Assembly: GCA_937916405.1 (NCBI GenBank)
Contig: CALFUF010000049.1
Coordinates: 3,750 to 67,749, forward strand
DNA length: 64,000 nucleotides
Direction: 5' to 3'
Origin: an uncultured Prevotella sp.
Lineage (GTDB): Bacteria > Bacteroidota > Bacteroidia > Bacteroidales > Bacteroidaceae
A program made the translations under genes and the position numbers. The notes below the pieces were generated by a model. The model had not been told where the DNA came from. It did not search any database and saw only the letters and a program-made list of their open reading frames with translations. Of the stretch, positions 9,767 to 20,300 are shown in pieces. Position 1 is the first letter of the stretch; each line of letters begins with the position of its first letter.

Positions 9767-10924
9767 ATGAAGAGAATCTGTTTCATAGTAGACTCCATAT
9801 TCTCCTTTGGAGGTGTGCAACGAGTAACTGCTGTCATTGCCAAAGCTTTGGCAAAAGACTATGATGTGACTATTGTTACCATGGACGATTCTTCTATAAA
9901 AAACACTTCTTTCTATGATTTGCAGGAAGCTGATATTCATTATCGTTTTTTTCAGTTTCCGAGCATTAATCCATTAAAAGATAAATGCTGTAAATTATAC
10001 AGTGCTCTATTTAGGAAATTATTACCACAAACAAGACTCACTTCTGATTGGTATGCCCACAGTTCCTTCCCGTCCGAGAAGCGTAATGCTTTAACAAAAG
10101 AATTGAAAGCGGGAAATTATGACATCATCATTGGTGTACATGCCCCACTTGCCGTACGTTTAACTTCATGCAAGTCGCAACTTAGAGGTATTAAACTGAT
10201 TGGGTGGATTCACAATTCTTATCAAGCATTATTTGGTAAGCACTCCCATTATATTGGCTCAGAATTAAAGAAGCATTATGAGTACCAATTGGAAAAACTG
10301 CACAAAATTGTTGTTTTATGCCAATATGATGCTCAACAATATCATTTCCCAACAACTGTCATCTACAATCCATTAACATTAATCCCTGGCGAGCTTTCCT
10401 CAGGAGCCTCTAAGAGATTCCTTGCAGTAGGACGTTTCTCTCGCCGACATAAAGGATTTGACTTGCTCATCAAAGCTTTTCATCTGTTTGCTCAGAATAA
10501 TAACGAGTGGACATTAGATATCGTTGGGGAGGGTGAGGAAGAAACTCTTTACAAGAAACTCATTTCCGAATATCAGCTTGAGAAACGCATTACTATTTAT
10601 CCTTTCACGAATCATATACAGTCGTACTATTCCAATGCACAAGTCTATGTGCTGAGTTCCCGTTGGGAAGGTATGCCTTTAGTTCTCATGGAATCCATGT
10701 CCCACGGATTACCTATTATCTCTTCAAACTTGCCAGTTTGTAAAGAAATCATGGGTGATTTCGGACTTTATTTTGAGAATGAGAATGTTGACCAACTTGC
10801 CCAACAACTGGAGTGTGCCACTCAACTTGACTGGAAAAAGAAATCCCAAGAAGCCTTAGAAATAGCTAAGAGATATAATCTTGACACCATTATCCAGAAA
10901 TGGAAAAGTATCATAAAAGAATAA
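9767..10924 (+). CDS. Glycosyltransferase family 4
   Basis: GGVQRV, AVGRFSRRHKG, EGMPLVLMESMSHGLPII. Confidence 0.9.
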   Translation: MKRICFIVDSIFSFGGVQRVTAVIAKALAKDYDVTIVTMDDSSIKNTSFYDLQEADIHYRFFQFPSINPLKDKCCKLYSALFRKLLPQTRLTSDWYAHSSFPSEKRNALTKELKAGNYDIIIGVHAPLAVRLTSCKSQLRGIKLIGWIHNSYQALFGKHSHYIGSELKKHYEYQLEKLHKIVVLCQYDAQQYHFPTTVIYNPLTLIPGELSSGASKRFLAVGRFSRRHKGFDLLIKAFHLFAQNNNEWTLDIVGEGEEETLYKKLISEYQLEKRITIYPFTNHIQSYYSNAQVYVLSSRWEGMPLVLMESMSHGLPIISSNLPVCKEIMGDFGLYFENENVDQLAQQLECATQLDWKKKSQEALEIAKRYNLDTIIQKWKSIIKE

Positions 10925-10935
10925 ATGAAGTATTA

Positions 10936-11030
10936 TTCACAAATTTGTAGTGATGAAAGATAAAGAAGAATTACGCCAAGGACTAAAAGCCAATCCGAAA
11001 CTGAAGCATACAGAAGGCTGCTATCCATAA
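10936..11030 (+). pseudogene. Stranded 5' fragment of the acetyltransferase gene (70-bp direct repeat of 12663..12732)
   Basis: [19 protein letters not shown] is identical to the N-terminus of 12677..13294, followed by HTEGCYP*. Confidence 0.85.
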
Positions 11031-11036
11031 CTCATA

Positions 11037-11068
11037 ATTATAAAGTAGAATTATTATAAAGTAGAATT
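11037..11068. repeat. Perfect 16-bp tandem repeat ATTATAAAGTAGAATT x2 upstream of the ATPase promoter
   Basis: Read directly; a promoter follows (TTTG 11093, 20 nt, TATCTTTG 11117-11124). Confidence 0.75.
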
Positions 11069-11140
11069 ATATTCTTAATTATATATAAAAGATTTGGTTC
11101 AATAGCCAGAATCGTCTATCTTTGCAAAAAATTAAGAGAT

Positions 11141-12532
11141 ATGGAATTCGTTGATAGAAAGAAAGAGTTCGCCCGATTACAAAATGCGTTGCAGAGAAAA
11201 AAGCCTCAGTTCATTGCAGTATATGGTCGCAGGCGTATCGGTAAATCCACACTCATAAAAAAAGTATTGGACTTTAACCGTGGTGACATTTATTTCCTTG
11301 CCGACAGGACCTCAGAGCCAAGTCAACGGCAGTTATTCTCTACTACGGTGGGCATGAATATCGAAGGCTTCAGTATGGCAACTTATCCTACATGGGAGTC
11401 GCTTTTCGTCAGTCTTAATAGATCAATTGACCATCGTATAACCGTCTGTCTCGATGAATTTCCATATCTTGTTAAGAGCTGTCCGGCTCTGCCTTCTATT
11501 CTTCAGAAATTGCTTGATGATAAGAAATTGAACTTCGATTTGATCATCTGCGGTTCATCACAGCAGATGATGCAAGGGTATGTACTTGACAGTAAGGAGC
11601 CTCTATATGGTCGTGCCGATGAAATTATAAAAATGCAACCCATCGCCCCTGCATTTATCTGTCAGGCACTTGGGTGTGATGCAGAACAGGCAGTTCGAGA
11701 ATATGCTGTCTGGGGTGGTGTTCCCAGATATTGGGTATTGCGTGAAAATTATGACAGTCTCCAAGATGCCATAGAAAACCTATTGCTGACACCAGAAGGA
11801 ACATTATATGAAGAACCATCAAAACTGTTATACGATGAAATGCGCGATACTGTTCAGGCATCATCCATACTTTCGTTTATCGGTAATGGGGCTAACAAAT
11901 TGTCTGAGATAGCTTCGCGTGCAGAAAAGCAGGCGACAGATATCACACCACAACTGTCGAGGTTGAAAGAACTGGGCTTTATAAAAAAGGAGATTCCTTT
12001 TGGTGAAAGTGAAAGGAAGAGTAAGAAAGGACTCTACCATATATCCGACCCATTGCTTCGCTTTCATTATCGTTATGTCCTCCTCTATCGCTCACTCATA
12101 GAACTGGGCAACAGCCAAGCGGTTTTGAACGTGTTGGAGAAGACGGAGAATGACTATACCAGCCAGACTTGGGAAGAGCTGTGCAGAAACTATATCAGTA
12201 CACATGGCTTCGACAATGTTGTATATCAGATAGCATCCCGCTGGTGGGGAAGCTATTACGATGCAGAAAAAGAACAGTATATTCCTGTAGAACTGGATGT
12301 TGTCGCTGAATCATTTGACGGAAAAAACCTTTTCCTGGGTGAATGTAAATGGCAAAACGGCAATCAACATATAGACGCTAAGGAGGAACTTGAAAGGTTG
12401 CAGACTATCGCTAACGGTCTGCCTTTTGCAAAAGATCATTTCGTGCATTATGCATTATTCTTAAAAGAAAAACCTAAAAACCCTGATATGGCAAAGGTCT
12501 TTTATCCTGACGATGTGCTGTCAATTTTATGA
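11141..12532 (+). CDS. ATP-binding protein (archaeal-ATPase/DUF234-like) with C-terminal PD-(D/E)xK-like domain
   Basis: FVDRKKE, YGRRRIGKSTL, CLDEFPYL, ICGSS, GGVPRY; C-terminal ELDVVAES..FLGECKW. Confidence 0.85.
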   Translation: MEFVDRKKEFARLQNALQRKKPQFIAVYGRRRIGKSTLIKKVLDFNRGDIYFLADRTSEPSQRQLFSTTVGMNIEGFSMATYPTWESLFVSLNRSIDHRITVCLDEFPYLVKSCPALPSILQKLLDDKKLNFDLIICGSSQQMMQGYVLDSKEPLYGRADEIIKMQPIAPAFICQALGCDAEQAVREYAVWGGVPRYWVLRENYDSLQDAIENLLLTPEGTLYEEPSKLLYDEMRDTVQASSILSFIGNGANKLSEIASRAEKQATDITPQLSRLKELGFIKKEIPFGESERKSKKGLYHISDPLLRFHYRYVLLYRSLIELGNSQAVLNVLEKTENDYTSQTWEELCRNYISTHGFDNVVYQIASRWWGSYYDAEKEQYIPVELDVVAESFDGKNLFLGECKWQNGNQHIDAKEELERLQTIANGLPFAKDHFVHYALFLKEKPKNPDMAKVFYPDDVLSIL

Positions 12533-12555
12533 AGTCAAAATTTAATAATAATTGA

Positions 12556-12644
12556 TTCAACTTTCGCAAGGCTATGCTTGCTACAGTTGAAGAGGTGAGT
12601 GGTGAGAGGTAAGAGGTGAGAATGCGAAGCATGCGAAACTTGAA
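12556..12644. repeat. TIR-bounded heptamer-containing dispersed element, copy 1
   Basis: TTCAACTTTCGCA...TGCGAAACTTGAA ends, internal GCAAG/CTTGC hairpin and 4 GAGGTGA-type units; homologous to 29667..29884. Confidence 0.7.
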
Positions 12645-12676
12645 TTGAGAATTGAGATTTATTTCACAAATTTGCA

Positions 12677-13294
12677 GTGATGAAAGACAAAGAAGAATTA
12701 CGACAAGGGCTAAAAGCTAATCCGAAACTGAAAAAATGGTTGGATTATGTCATCATGAATCAGCGGGACGCACGACCACGATGGTATATCCGCATGCTGG
12801 CTCCTTTTTACCAGCATCGGGGATACGGCTCTAAGATATATTCGAGTGTGCGAATGGACACGCCACCTTACCGCAATTTCTCTTTAGGTAAGCGAAGCGT
12901 GATTGAGTCATTCTGTTGTATCAACAATGCCGTCGGTGATGTCGTTATCGGTGACGATACACGTATTGGAATACATAACATCATCATCGGTCCTGTCACC
13001 ATCGGAAACCATGTGAACCTTGCACAAGGTATTGTCGTTACAGCTCTTAACCACAACTTCAAAGACACCACTTTGCGGATTGACGAGCAAGGCGTATCCA
13101 CTCAACCCGTTGTCATTAAAGATGATGTTTGGATAGGTGCCAATGCCGTAATTTTACCTGGTGTAACTATTGGCAAGCATGTGGTGGTTGCCGCTGGTGC
13201 CGTTGTCACCAAAGATGTACCAGACAACTGTATTGTTGGTGGTGTTCCTGCAAAGGTTATCAAAAAGATAGAAGATACATCAACCCTTATCTGA
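12677..13294 (+). CDS. Hexapeptide-repeat (LbH) O-acetyltransferase
   Basis: [45 protein letters not shown]. Confidence 0.9.
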   Translation: MMKDKEELRQGLKANPKLKKWLDYVIMNQRDARPRWYIRMLAPFYQHRGYGSKIYSSVRMDTPPYRNFSLGKRSVIESFCCINNAVGDVVIGDDTRIGIHNIIIGPVTIGNHVNLAQGIVVTALNHNFKDTTLRIDEQGVSTQPVVIKDDVWIGANAVILPGVTIGKHVVVAAGAVVTKDVPDNCIVGGVPAKVIKKIEDTSTLI

Positions 13295-13305
13295 TTAAGT
13301 AGATG

Positions 13306-13644
13306 TTACGCAAATAAATCGAGGGATAGGTCTTGATGGGGCTTCTCCTCTTCTTTTTCCTCCTCCCGCTCTTCACGAAACTGGAGCATCATCTGACGGG
13401 CATCGGCAGAGCCTTCCGTATTCAGACGATAATAACCACGACGACCTGTGGACTCTATCAGCGACTGCGTTGACTTGCTATTACGAAGCAGGAACTGTTG
13501 GGCATACGTACGGATTTCCTCAAAGTCTGGCTGGGTGAAGAATGTACAATTCATATTGTAAATATGCTTGGCAATAGCCTGCACACTTACACCACCGTCT
13601 CCTGCCTCGGTGAGTACTTTCAATATCTGCTGGTCGTAAGTCAC
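13306..13644 (-). CDS. Hypothetical protein, possible winged-HTH
   Basis: 112-aa ORF; helix pattern ILKVL..GVSVQAIAKHIY and wing-like GRRGYYRL. Confidence 0.65.
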   Translation of the reverse strand: MTYDQQILKVLTEAGDGGVSVQAIAKHIYNMNCTFFTQPDFEEIRTYAQQFLLRNSKSTQSLIESTGRRGYYRLNTEGSADARQMMLQFREEREEEKEEEKPHQDLSLDLFA

Positions 13645-13673
13645 CCTTAACTATGAACTGAGAACTATGAACT

Positions 13674-13713
13674 AAAAAAGGCTGGTATGCCATGAAAGCT
13701 TACCAGCCTTTTT
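13674..13713. terminator. Intrinsic terminator, potentially bidirectional
   Basis: AAAAAAGGCTGGTA...TACCAGCCTTTTT just downstream of 13732..14025. Confidence 0.75.
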
Positions 13714-13731
13714 ATGCTTCATTTGATTTGA

Positions 13732-14025
13732 TTAAGCAAGTGTAATCTTCTCATCAGCAGTAGCGAGTTTGCCCTCTTTGAAGAGCCAACCCAGACCGAG
13801 CAGAGTCTCCTCCTCGCTGATATTTGCTGCCTTAGCGATTTCTTTAACGGTCAAAGCCTTACCAGCAGCAGCAAGAGCCTGGTAAACATCACCAGCCTTG
13901 AAACCTGCATTCTCTGCATTTACTGCTACAACTGCCTTAACAGCAGCGGTCTTCTTTACGGTTGCCTTCTTTGGCTCTTCTGCCTTCACAGCAGCGGCCT
14001 TCTTTGTTGTTTTCTTTTCTGCCAT
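13732..14025 (-). CDS. Small winged-helix protein (DUF2582-like) with Lys/Ala-rich N-terminus
   Basis: NAGFKAGDVYQAL...LLGLGWLFKEGKL. Confidence 0.75.
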   Translation of the reverse strand: MAEKKTTKKAAAVKAEEPKKATVKKTAAVKAVVAVNAENAGFKAGDVYQALAAAGKALTVKEIAKAANISEEETLLGLGWLFKEGKLATADEKITLA

Positions 14026-14212
14026 AATTTTAATAATTAATACGCTATTGAATGTTCTTTCTAATAGAAATTTTAATTTCTGGGTGCAAAAGTAAGAACT
14101 TTTCCAATGCGTTGTTACCGTACACAGGTTCTTTTTTATATTTATTTAATTATTCTTGATGTAAGTCAACTGACGAACGAAGTAAGAGCAATAAAAATTC
14201 ACTTTTATTGCC

Positions 14213-15982
14213 TTACAAGGAGGAAGTCGAACTTAGTTCAACACGTAACTGCAACTCTTCCAGCTGTTTAGCGTCTAATTCGCCTGGTGCGTCAAGCATC
14301 ACATCACGACCAGAATTGTTCTTCGGGAAGGCGATACAGTCACGGATAGAGTCCAGCCCTGCCATCAGGCTCACAAAGCGGTCGAGACCAAAGGCGAGAC
14401 CTGCGTGAGGGGGTGCTCCATACTTGAAGGCATTGATGAGGAAACCGAACTGTGCCATCGCTCTCTCGGGTGTGAAACCTAAGATCTGGAACATCTTCTC
14501 CTGCAACTTACCGTCATGGATACGCAGGGAGCCACCACCTACCTCAACACCATTACATACGAAGTCGTAGGCAACGGCACGCACCTTCTCAGGAGCGGTA
14601 TCGAGCAAGGGGATATCATCTGGGTTAGGCAGGGTGAACGGATGGTGGGTAGCCATTAATCGTTGCTCCTCGTCGCTCCACTCAAACAGTGGGAAGTCGA
14701 CAATCCACAAACACACGAACTTATCCTTATCACGCAGCCCGAGACGGTCACCCATCTCCAGACGCAGCGTACAGAGTTGTACACGGGTCTTGTTTGCCTT
14801 GTCACCACTCAGGATCAGCACGAGGTCGCCATCCTTGGCTCCTGTCTTCTCCTTCAGCTGTGCCCATACCTCAGGGGTATAGAACTTATCAACGGATGAC
14901 TTCACGGTACCATCGGTATTGAACTTTACATATACCAAGCCCTTCGCACCTACCTGTGGACGCTTCACGAAGTCAGTCAATTGGTCGAGTTGCTTGCGGG
15001 TATAGTCAGCACATCCGGGTACGACGATACCTCCGATATACTCTGCCTCATTAAAGACAGGGAATGTACCCGTTCCTTTCAATACGTCCATCAACTCCAC
15101 GAACTCCATGCCGAAGCGCAAGTCGGGCTTGTCAGAACCAAAACGACGCATTGCGTCATGCCATGTCATACGCTGTAACTTAGGTAGTTCCACACCACGC
15201 ACCTCCTTGAACAGATGACGGGCAAGGTCCTCAAAGATCTCCAGCACATCCTCCTGGTCGGCAAATGACATCTCACAGTCTATCTGTGTGAACTCCGGCT
15301 GACGGTCGGCGCGCAAGTCCTCGTCACGGAAACACTTGGCAATCTGGAAATAACGGTCGAAACCACTGACCATCAACAACTGCTTCAAGGTCTGTGGACT
15401 CTGTGGCAGTGCATAGAACTGTCCTGGGTTCATGCGGGAGGGCACCACAAAGTCACGTGCTCCCTCTGGGGTTGAGCCAATCAGTATAGGTGTCTCCACC
15501 TCTATGAAGTTCTTGTTATCGAGGAAGTTACGAATAAGGATAGTCATGCGGTGACGCAGTTCCAAGTTCTTACGAACGCAACTACGGCGCAGGTCCAGAT
15601 AACGATACTTCATTCGGATATCGTCACCACCATCGGTATGGTCCTCTATCGTGAAGGGAGGAGTCAGGCTCTCGCTCAGCACATTCAGTTCCTGGGCGAT
15701 GATCTCAATATCTCCCGTTGGGATATTCATATTCTTACTCTGACGCTCGTTGACGGTACCCTTCACCTGAACACACCACTCACGTCCCAATTTATTGGCA
15801 CACTCGCAGAGTGCCGCATCCTTCGACTCGTCGAAAACCAACTGTGTGATACCATAGCGGTCACGCAAGTCCACAAACGTCATGCCTCCCATCTTACGGG
15901 TCTTCTGTACCCATCCGGCAAGGGTTACCACCATGCCGGCATCCGTGAGTCTCAACTCACCACATGTCTTTGTCCTATACAT
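14213..15982 (-). CDS. aspS: Aspartate--tRNA ligase
   Basis: [65 protein letters not shown]. Confidence 0.98.
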   Translation of the reverse strand: MYRTKTCGELRLTDAGMVVTLAGWVQKTRKMGGMTFVDLRDRYGITQLVFDESKDAALCECANKLGREWCVQVKGTVNERQSKNMNIPTGDIEIIAQELNVLSESLTPPFTIEDHTDGGDDIRMKYRYLDLRRSCVRKNLELRHRMTILIRNFLDNKNFIEVETPILIGSTPEGARDFVVPSRMNPGQFYALPQSPQTLKQLLMVSGFDRYFQIAKCFRDEDLRADRQPEFTQIDCEMSFADQEDVLEIFEDLARHLFKEVRGVELPKLQRMTWHDAMRRFGSDKPDLRFGMEFVELMDVLKGTGTFPVFNEAEYIGGIVVPGCADYTRKQLDQLTDFVKRPQVGAKGLVYVKFNTDGTVKSSVDKFYTPEVWAQLKEKTGAKDGDLVLILSGDKANKTRVQLCTLRLEMGDRLGLRDKDKFVCLWIVDFPLFEWSDEEQRLMATHHPFTLPNPDDIPLLDTAPEKVRAVAYDFVCNGVEVGGGSLRIHDGKLQEKMFQILGFTPERAMAQFGFLINAFKYGAPPHAGLAFGLDRFVSLMAGLDSIRDCIAFPKNNSGRDVMLDAPGELDAKQLEELQLRVELSSTSSL

Positions 15983-16069
15983 ATTATATATATATGTGTT
16001 TTTAAATTGTTTGCAAAATTACAGCGAAAATATGATATATCCAAATTTTTTCATATCTTTGAACACGTT

Positions 16070-17209
16070 TTATAGACTATTACTCTCCCAAAGCATCTGG
16101 AAGAAATCTTTTACATAGATACATTCGACATCTCCAATTTTACGATTGAATCTATCAAGCGAAACTATGATTCTTCGGCTTTGGGGATGTTCCTCGCCAA
16201 ATGCCTTCAAGCCTTTTAAGTGTTTGCTCATGACCTCTTCCACTGATTTTATCTCTATGGCAACACGTGCATCTCCAATGATGACATCCACTTCCACACC
16301 TGTATATGTACGCCAATAAGAGATTGTTTCCTCTGAGTGGCAATAGTGCAACCAAGCATATATCTCCTGAACGACCAAATGCTCAAAAGCGTGACCATAT
16401 CCGTCTGTTCCTCTTACAATATCCTTCCGATGAAGCAGATGATTGGCGACACCAACATCAAAGAAATAAAAGCGTGGAGCCTGCACCAGTCTGCGTTTCA
16501 TCACTTTCCGATAGGCTGGAATGCGATAACCTATCAGCGTATCTTCAAGAATATCGAAATACGAACTGACCGTTGTTGCACTCACACCACAGTCCTGGGC
16601 TATGTTATTGTTATTCACCATTTCACCGTTTGTCAGGGCAGCCACTTCCAGAAAGCGCTGAAAAGAATCAAGATTACGTACCAGAGACTCTTCCTTGATT
16701 TCCTCTTTTAAGTATACTTGAATATAGGCTGCCAATTGTCTGGATGGATTCTTGGCAAGATAGTGTGGAGGCAACATACCATAATTGACCGCTCGGTCAA
16801 TATCGAAATCCGCAATCTCGGAACTGACAAACGGATAAAGACAAACTGGCAAAGCCCTGCCACCCAAGGTGTTCTTTCCTTTTCGCTTCAGTTTCCTAGC
16901 ACTGGATCCGCAAAGGATAAAAACCAGATGGCACTCCGCTATTAACCTATGAACTTCGTTTAGCAATTCTGGCACCTCTGGTATCTCGTCAATGATAACC
17001 AGCGTGTTCTCTGGTTTATCATGTAGCATCTCATAGAGCAAAACAGGACGACGGCTTAGACGACTCTTCACTTCCGTATCGAGCAGGTCGATATAGATAG
17101 ACTTAGGAAACTGCTGGCGCAAAATTGTGGATTTTCCTGTCTGACGAGCGCCAAACAAGAATATACTACCATCTAACTCTTTGCTAATCTGTAATATACG
17201 TTCTATCAT
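16070..17209 (-). CDS. AAA_14 + DUF4143-like ATPase
   Basis: FGARQTGKST, IIDEI, LCGSS, FYFFDVG, YWRT..EVDVII..AIEIKS. Confidence 0.88.
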   Translation of the reverse strand: MIERILQISKELDGSIFLFGARQTGKSTILRQQFPKSIYIDLLDTEVKSRLSRRPVLLYEMLHDKPENTLVIIDEIPEVPELLNEVHRLIAECHLVFILCGSSARKLKRKGKNTLGGRALPVCLYPFVSSEIADFDIDRAVNYGMLPPHYLAKNPSRQLAAYIQVYLKEEIKEESLVRNLDSFQRFLEVAALTNGEMVNNNNIAQDCGVSATTVSSYFDILEDTLIGYRIPAYRKVMKRRLVQAPRFYFFDVGVANHLLHRKDIVRGTDGYGHAFEHLVVQEIYAWLHYCHSEETISYWRTYTGVEVDVIIGDARVAIEIKSVEEVMSKHLKGLKAFGEEHPQSRRIIVSLDRFNRKIGDVECIYVKDFFQMLWESNSL

Positions 17210-17374
17210 ACGCTAAATTATATAGCCTTTTACTTTTAATTTTCCTTTAAAATCACAAGTAGAACTTTTGATTTTCAATCAAATTCAAGTGCAAAATTAA
17301 ACAAAAAAAAGATGTGCACAAGTTTATAGGCAGAAATATTCCTAATCCTCCAAGTTTTTATTGACTTTTTTCAT

Positions 17375-20300
17375 TTAATGTCTAAATTTCTTTCCATTCA
17401 AGATATAGATACCGGGGCGCAACAATCGCCATGACCCATCCTCCACCTGCTGACGAGTAGCGACTTTACGTCCCATCAAGTCATAGATACAACCGTCCCC
17501 TTGGAAGGTGACACCCTCGGAAGAATCCTCTTCTTCCTCACCGGGCAGCTCCCCACCCTCCTCATCACCGAAGATCACCGGCACGAACTGGATACCACGC
17601 ATAGACATTTCACGAGATCCGCTGCCTGTTTCACGATAGTAAATCTTGTTGTGCAGGACGTAATAATTGTGGCGCGTCCAAGAGGCCTTCGTCATACCAA
17701 GTTCCTTGTTCGGGTTCGCATTAAGGTAGAAGCCCACATTGGTATTACCGAGTGAAGGTAATACGGCTGATATTTCACCTGTTGATGTATTTAGCGTTAT
17801 ATTGCCGTCCATCTTAGGTCCGAAGACATAGACACGCTTCTCGTTGTCCCAACCTGGCAACAGTTGCTCCAAGTATTCTGCGGAGAAAATAGTAGTGATA
17901 GGCGTTGAAGGCGAAGGGGTAGGAATCGTAGCCTTGATATATGAAGTAGCACGCTTTGTAGAGAACAGCACAGGAGTGCCGGCAGGAACGAAGTAGTCGT
18001 TATCAGCATAAGTTCCTGTATTGTAATTACCGATAGGTTTCGGATGCAACATGGTGGTATTCCATGGCGAATCGCTTTCAACACACGTATATGCATTCGA
18101 TGAGTGGGCTGCATCATCACCGTCCTTGTCTGCTATCAACAAATCGAATGGCACGCAGTAGGAACTATAGTACCAGAGGTCAGTAAGTACAGCCTCCTCA
18201 CCACCACTATGAGTCTCGATATACAAACCCAATGTGTTAGCTGGCTCCATGCACCATTTGGTCTCGTCAGCAATACCGATGTTAGGTGTGAATTTTGCAT
18301 CGTACTTATACGTTTCTTGATTATAATTCAGATAAGAGGCTGTCGCACGGTCTGAAGCATTACGTAATGTTACCACGGCTCCGCCAAGATCGTCAATAAT
18401 GAATGAAGTTGCACTTCCAGGACTTTCCGTCATAGCGGCACCATTGACGTAAAGACCTTGTGTCTGCATCGTTGCGCCACTTGAACTGCCAGTGATATAG
18501 AAGATGCTGGCTGGGTCGTACTCTGGTCCTGTGATAGGAATAACGCCATGAGTAGCGGAAGATGTAGTGAAGCCACTACCCAACACCTCAAAGGTAGTAT
18601 TCACCCCTTTCATTTCGTAGAAGTGCATAGGAATGGCTGTACTACTTTCGCCTGCTGTCAACTCTATCTTATGCGTATATCCACTGAGGTATCTTGGAGT
18701 GGTGATACCCGAAGAGTTCGGTTCATTAAACAGACGGTAGTAGCCAGGGGTGAACTGTACGATGTTGACATCATTATAAACGATAGCCTGCTTAGCCATC
18801 AGGTCAGCAGCTTCGTCGTATGCCGCTTTACCTGTAGGATTCAGTCCACCCACATTGCCTGCGCCCAGATAATATGGGTCGAGCAATGGATCGCTCAACC
18901 CAAAAGTCCACTCTGTAGAGGTTGAGGCTTTCAGAGTCATCACACCCGCATTATTATCCAAATACAATGGTGTCCCGCCTGCTGCCGTCAGGGTCTGTAC
19001 CTTGAAGTAGCCGTCCGTATTTCCTGGCAGCAATTCATAGACTGGTCTGTCAGAGTCAGTATCTTCTTGTACCACTAAATCAGCATCTACAGCAGGTGTA
19101 GAACTGGTGGTCATCACATAGTCAGTATGTCCTCCATTTTTATAGACATAGCGGTTATACATCACGAAGCCGTAAGGGTCGCCAACAGGTGACCACAGGA
19201 AATCGTTGGTGTAGTGTCCCACACGTCCTGCAACACCCGATAACTTGGCATTCTTATAGGTGTAATGTGCCAAGTAAGGAGTATCGTCACTCGTTTCGAA
19301 GGAGTACCACTCCGTGCCGGTCGCATTGGTCACAAAGTGCGAGCCATTGTTAGTCTCCGTTAGTCCATCGTTAAATTCATAGACAACATTGATACGAACA
19401 GTTGAGCCTACTAATTCTGGTTCTTTTCCCATTTTGGTTATCTGAAGCCCTCTGTATTGAACATCAAGTTCATGCACATGCGATGATTGTGAACGATCAC
19501 AATCTTCATCTGTGTACACTCCCTCCACATAGTAGAAGTACTTACAGTTTGGTCTCTCAAGTGCTGCTGGTACTGCCAATGGGGCACCAAGAGTGACATG
19601 CCCATTATCAACACAGTAGTTTAAGCCATTGATAGTTGAGCCTAATTGGTAAGTATCGCCTGTAACCGTAGTTGTAGTTGTCAAATCTCGCTTAGTAGAA
19701 CCTGATATTGATATTGATGTTGTCGTTTCGCTTCCATCCTTTGTTGCCCGATATGGGATTGAGACCGATGAGCCGATGTTCTGAATCACCAAATGATAAA
19801 TCACCTTGTGCGTAGAAAGACCGAAGATAATGAACTTAGTGGGAGTTTCTGGTGTAGCAGCCTCTGTATCTGCTAATGTTTGACCATAGCCCGACAGTTG
19901 GTGTCTGCTGTCACCCGTCTTTGCCAGCACACCATACTGCCAACCGTCGCTAGATGGCAAGAGCATAAAGGTTGTTGCTGTAGCATTCAAAGTGGCTGTT
20001 CCATCAGCATACTTTTCAGCGTTCTTATGCTTAATCTTGATGGCGTACGGGTCGTTGCCCTCAAACTGCCAGACGTAGGCTGCAGCTCCATCCAATGCGT
20101 GAGAGCCACCGTCACTGATGGCACTATTATCGGTGCTTTGCATCATATTGTCATTATACCAAATGATGTTGTAAACCAACTCTCCACTGATGTCAAGTGC
20201 TGCGTCATTGGAACTCCCGTCGCGTGCCACCTTGCTGTCAACAACAGCCTTCACATTAGGCACCTTATATTCTGTCTCCAATGGGTCGTAGTCGGTATAG

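Noticed and set aside
15983..17374. Target duplication around the 16070..17209 ATPase
   Set aside because: Only TGCAAAATTA is shared, which is the promoter -7 consensus
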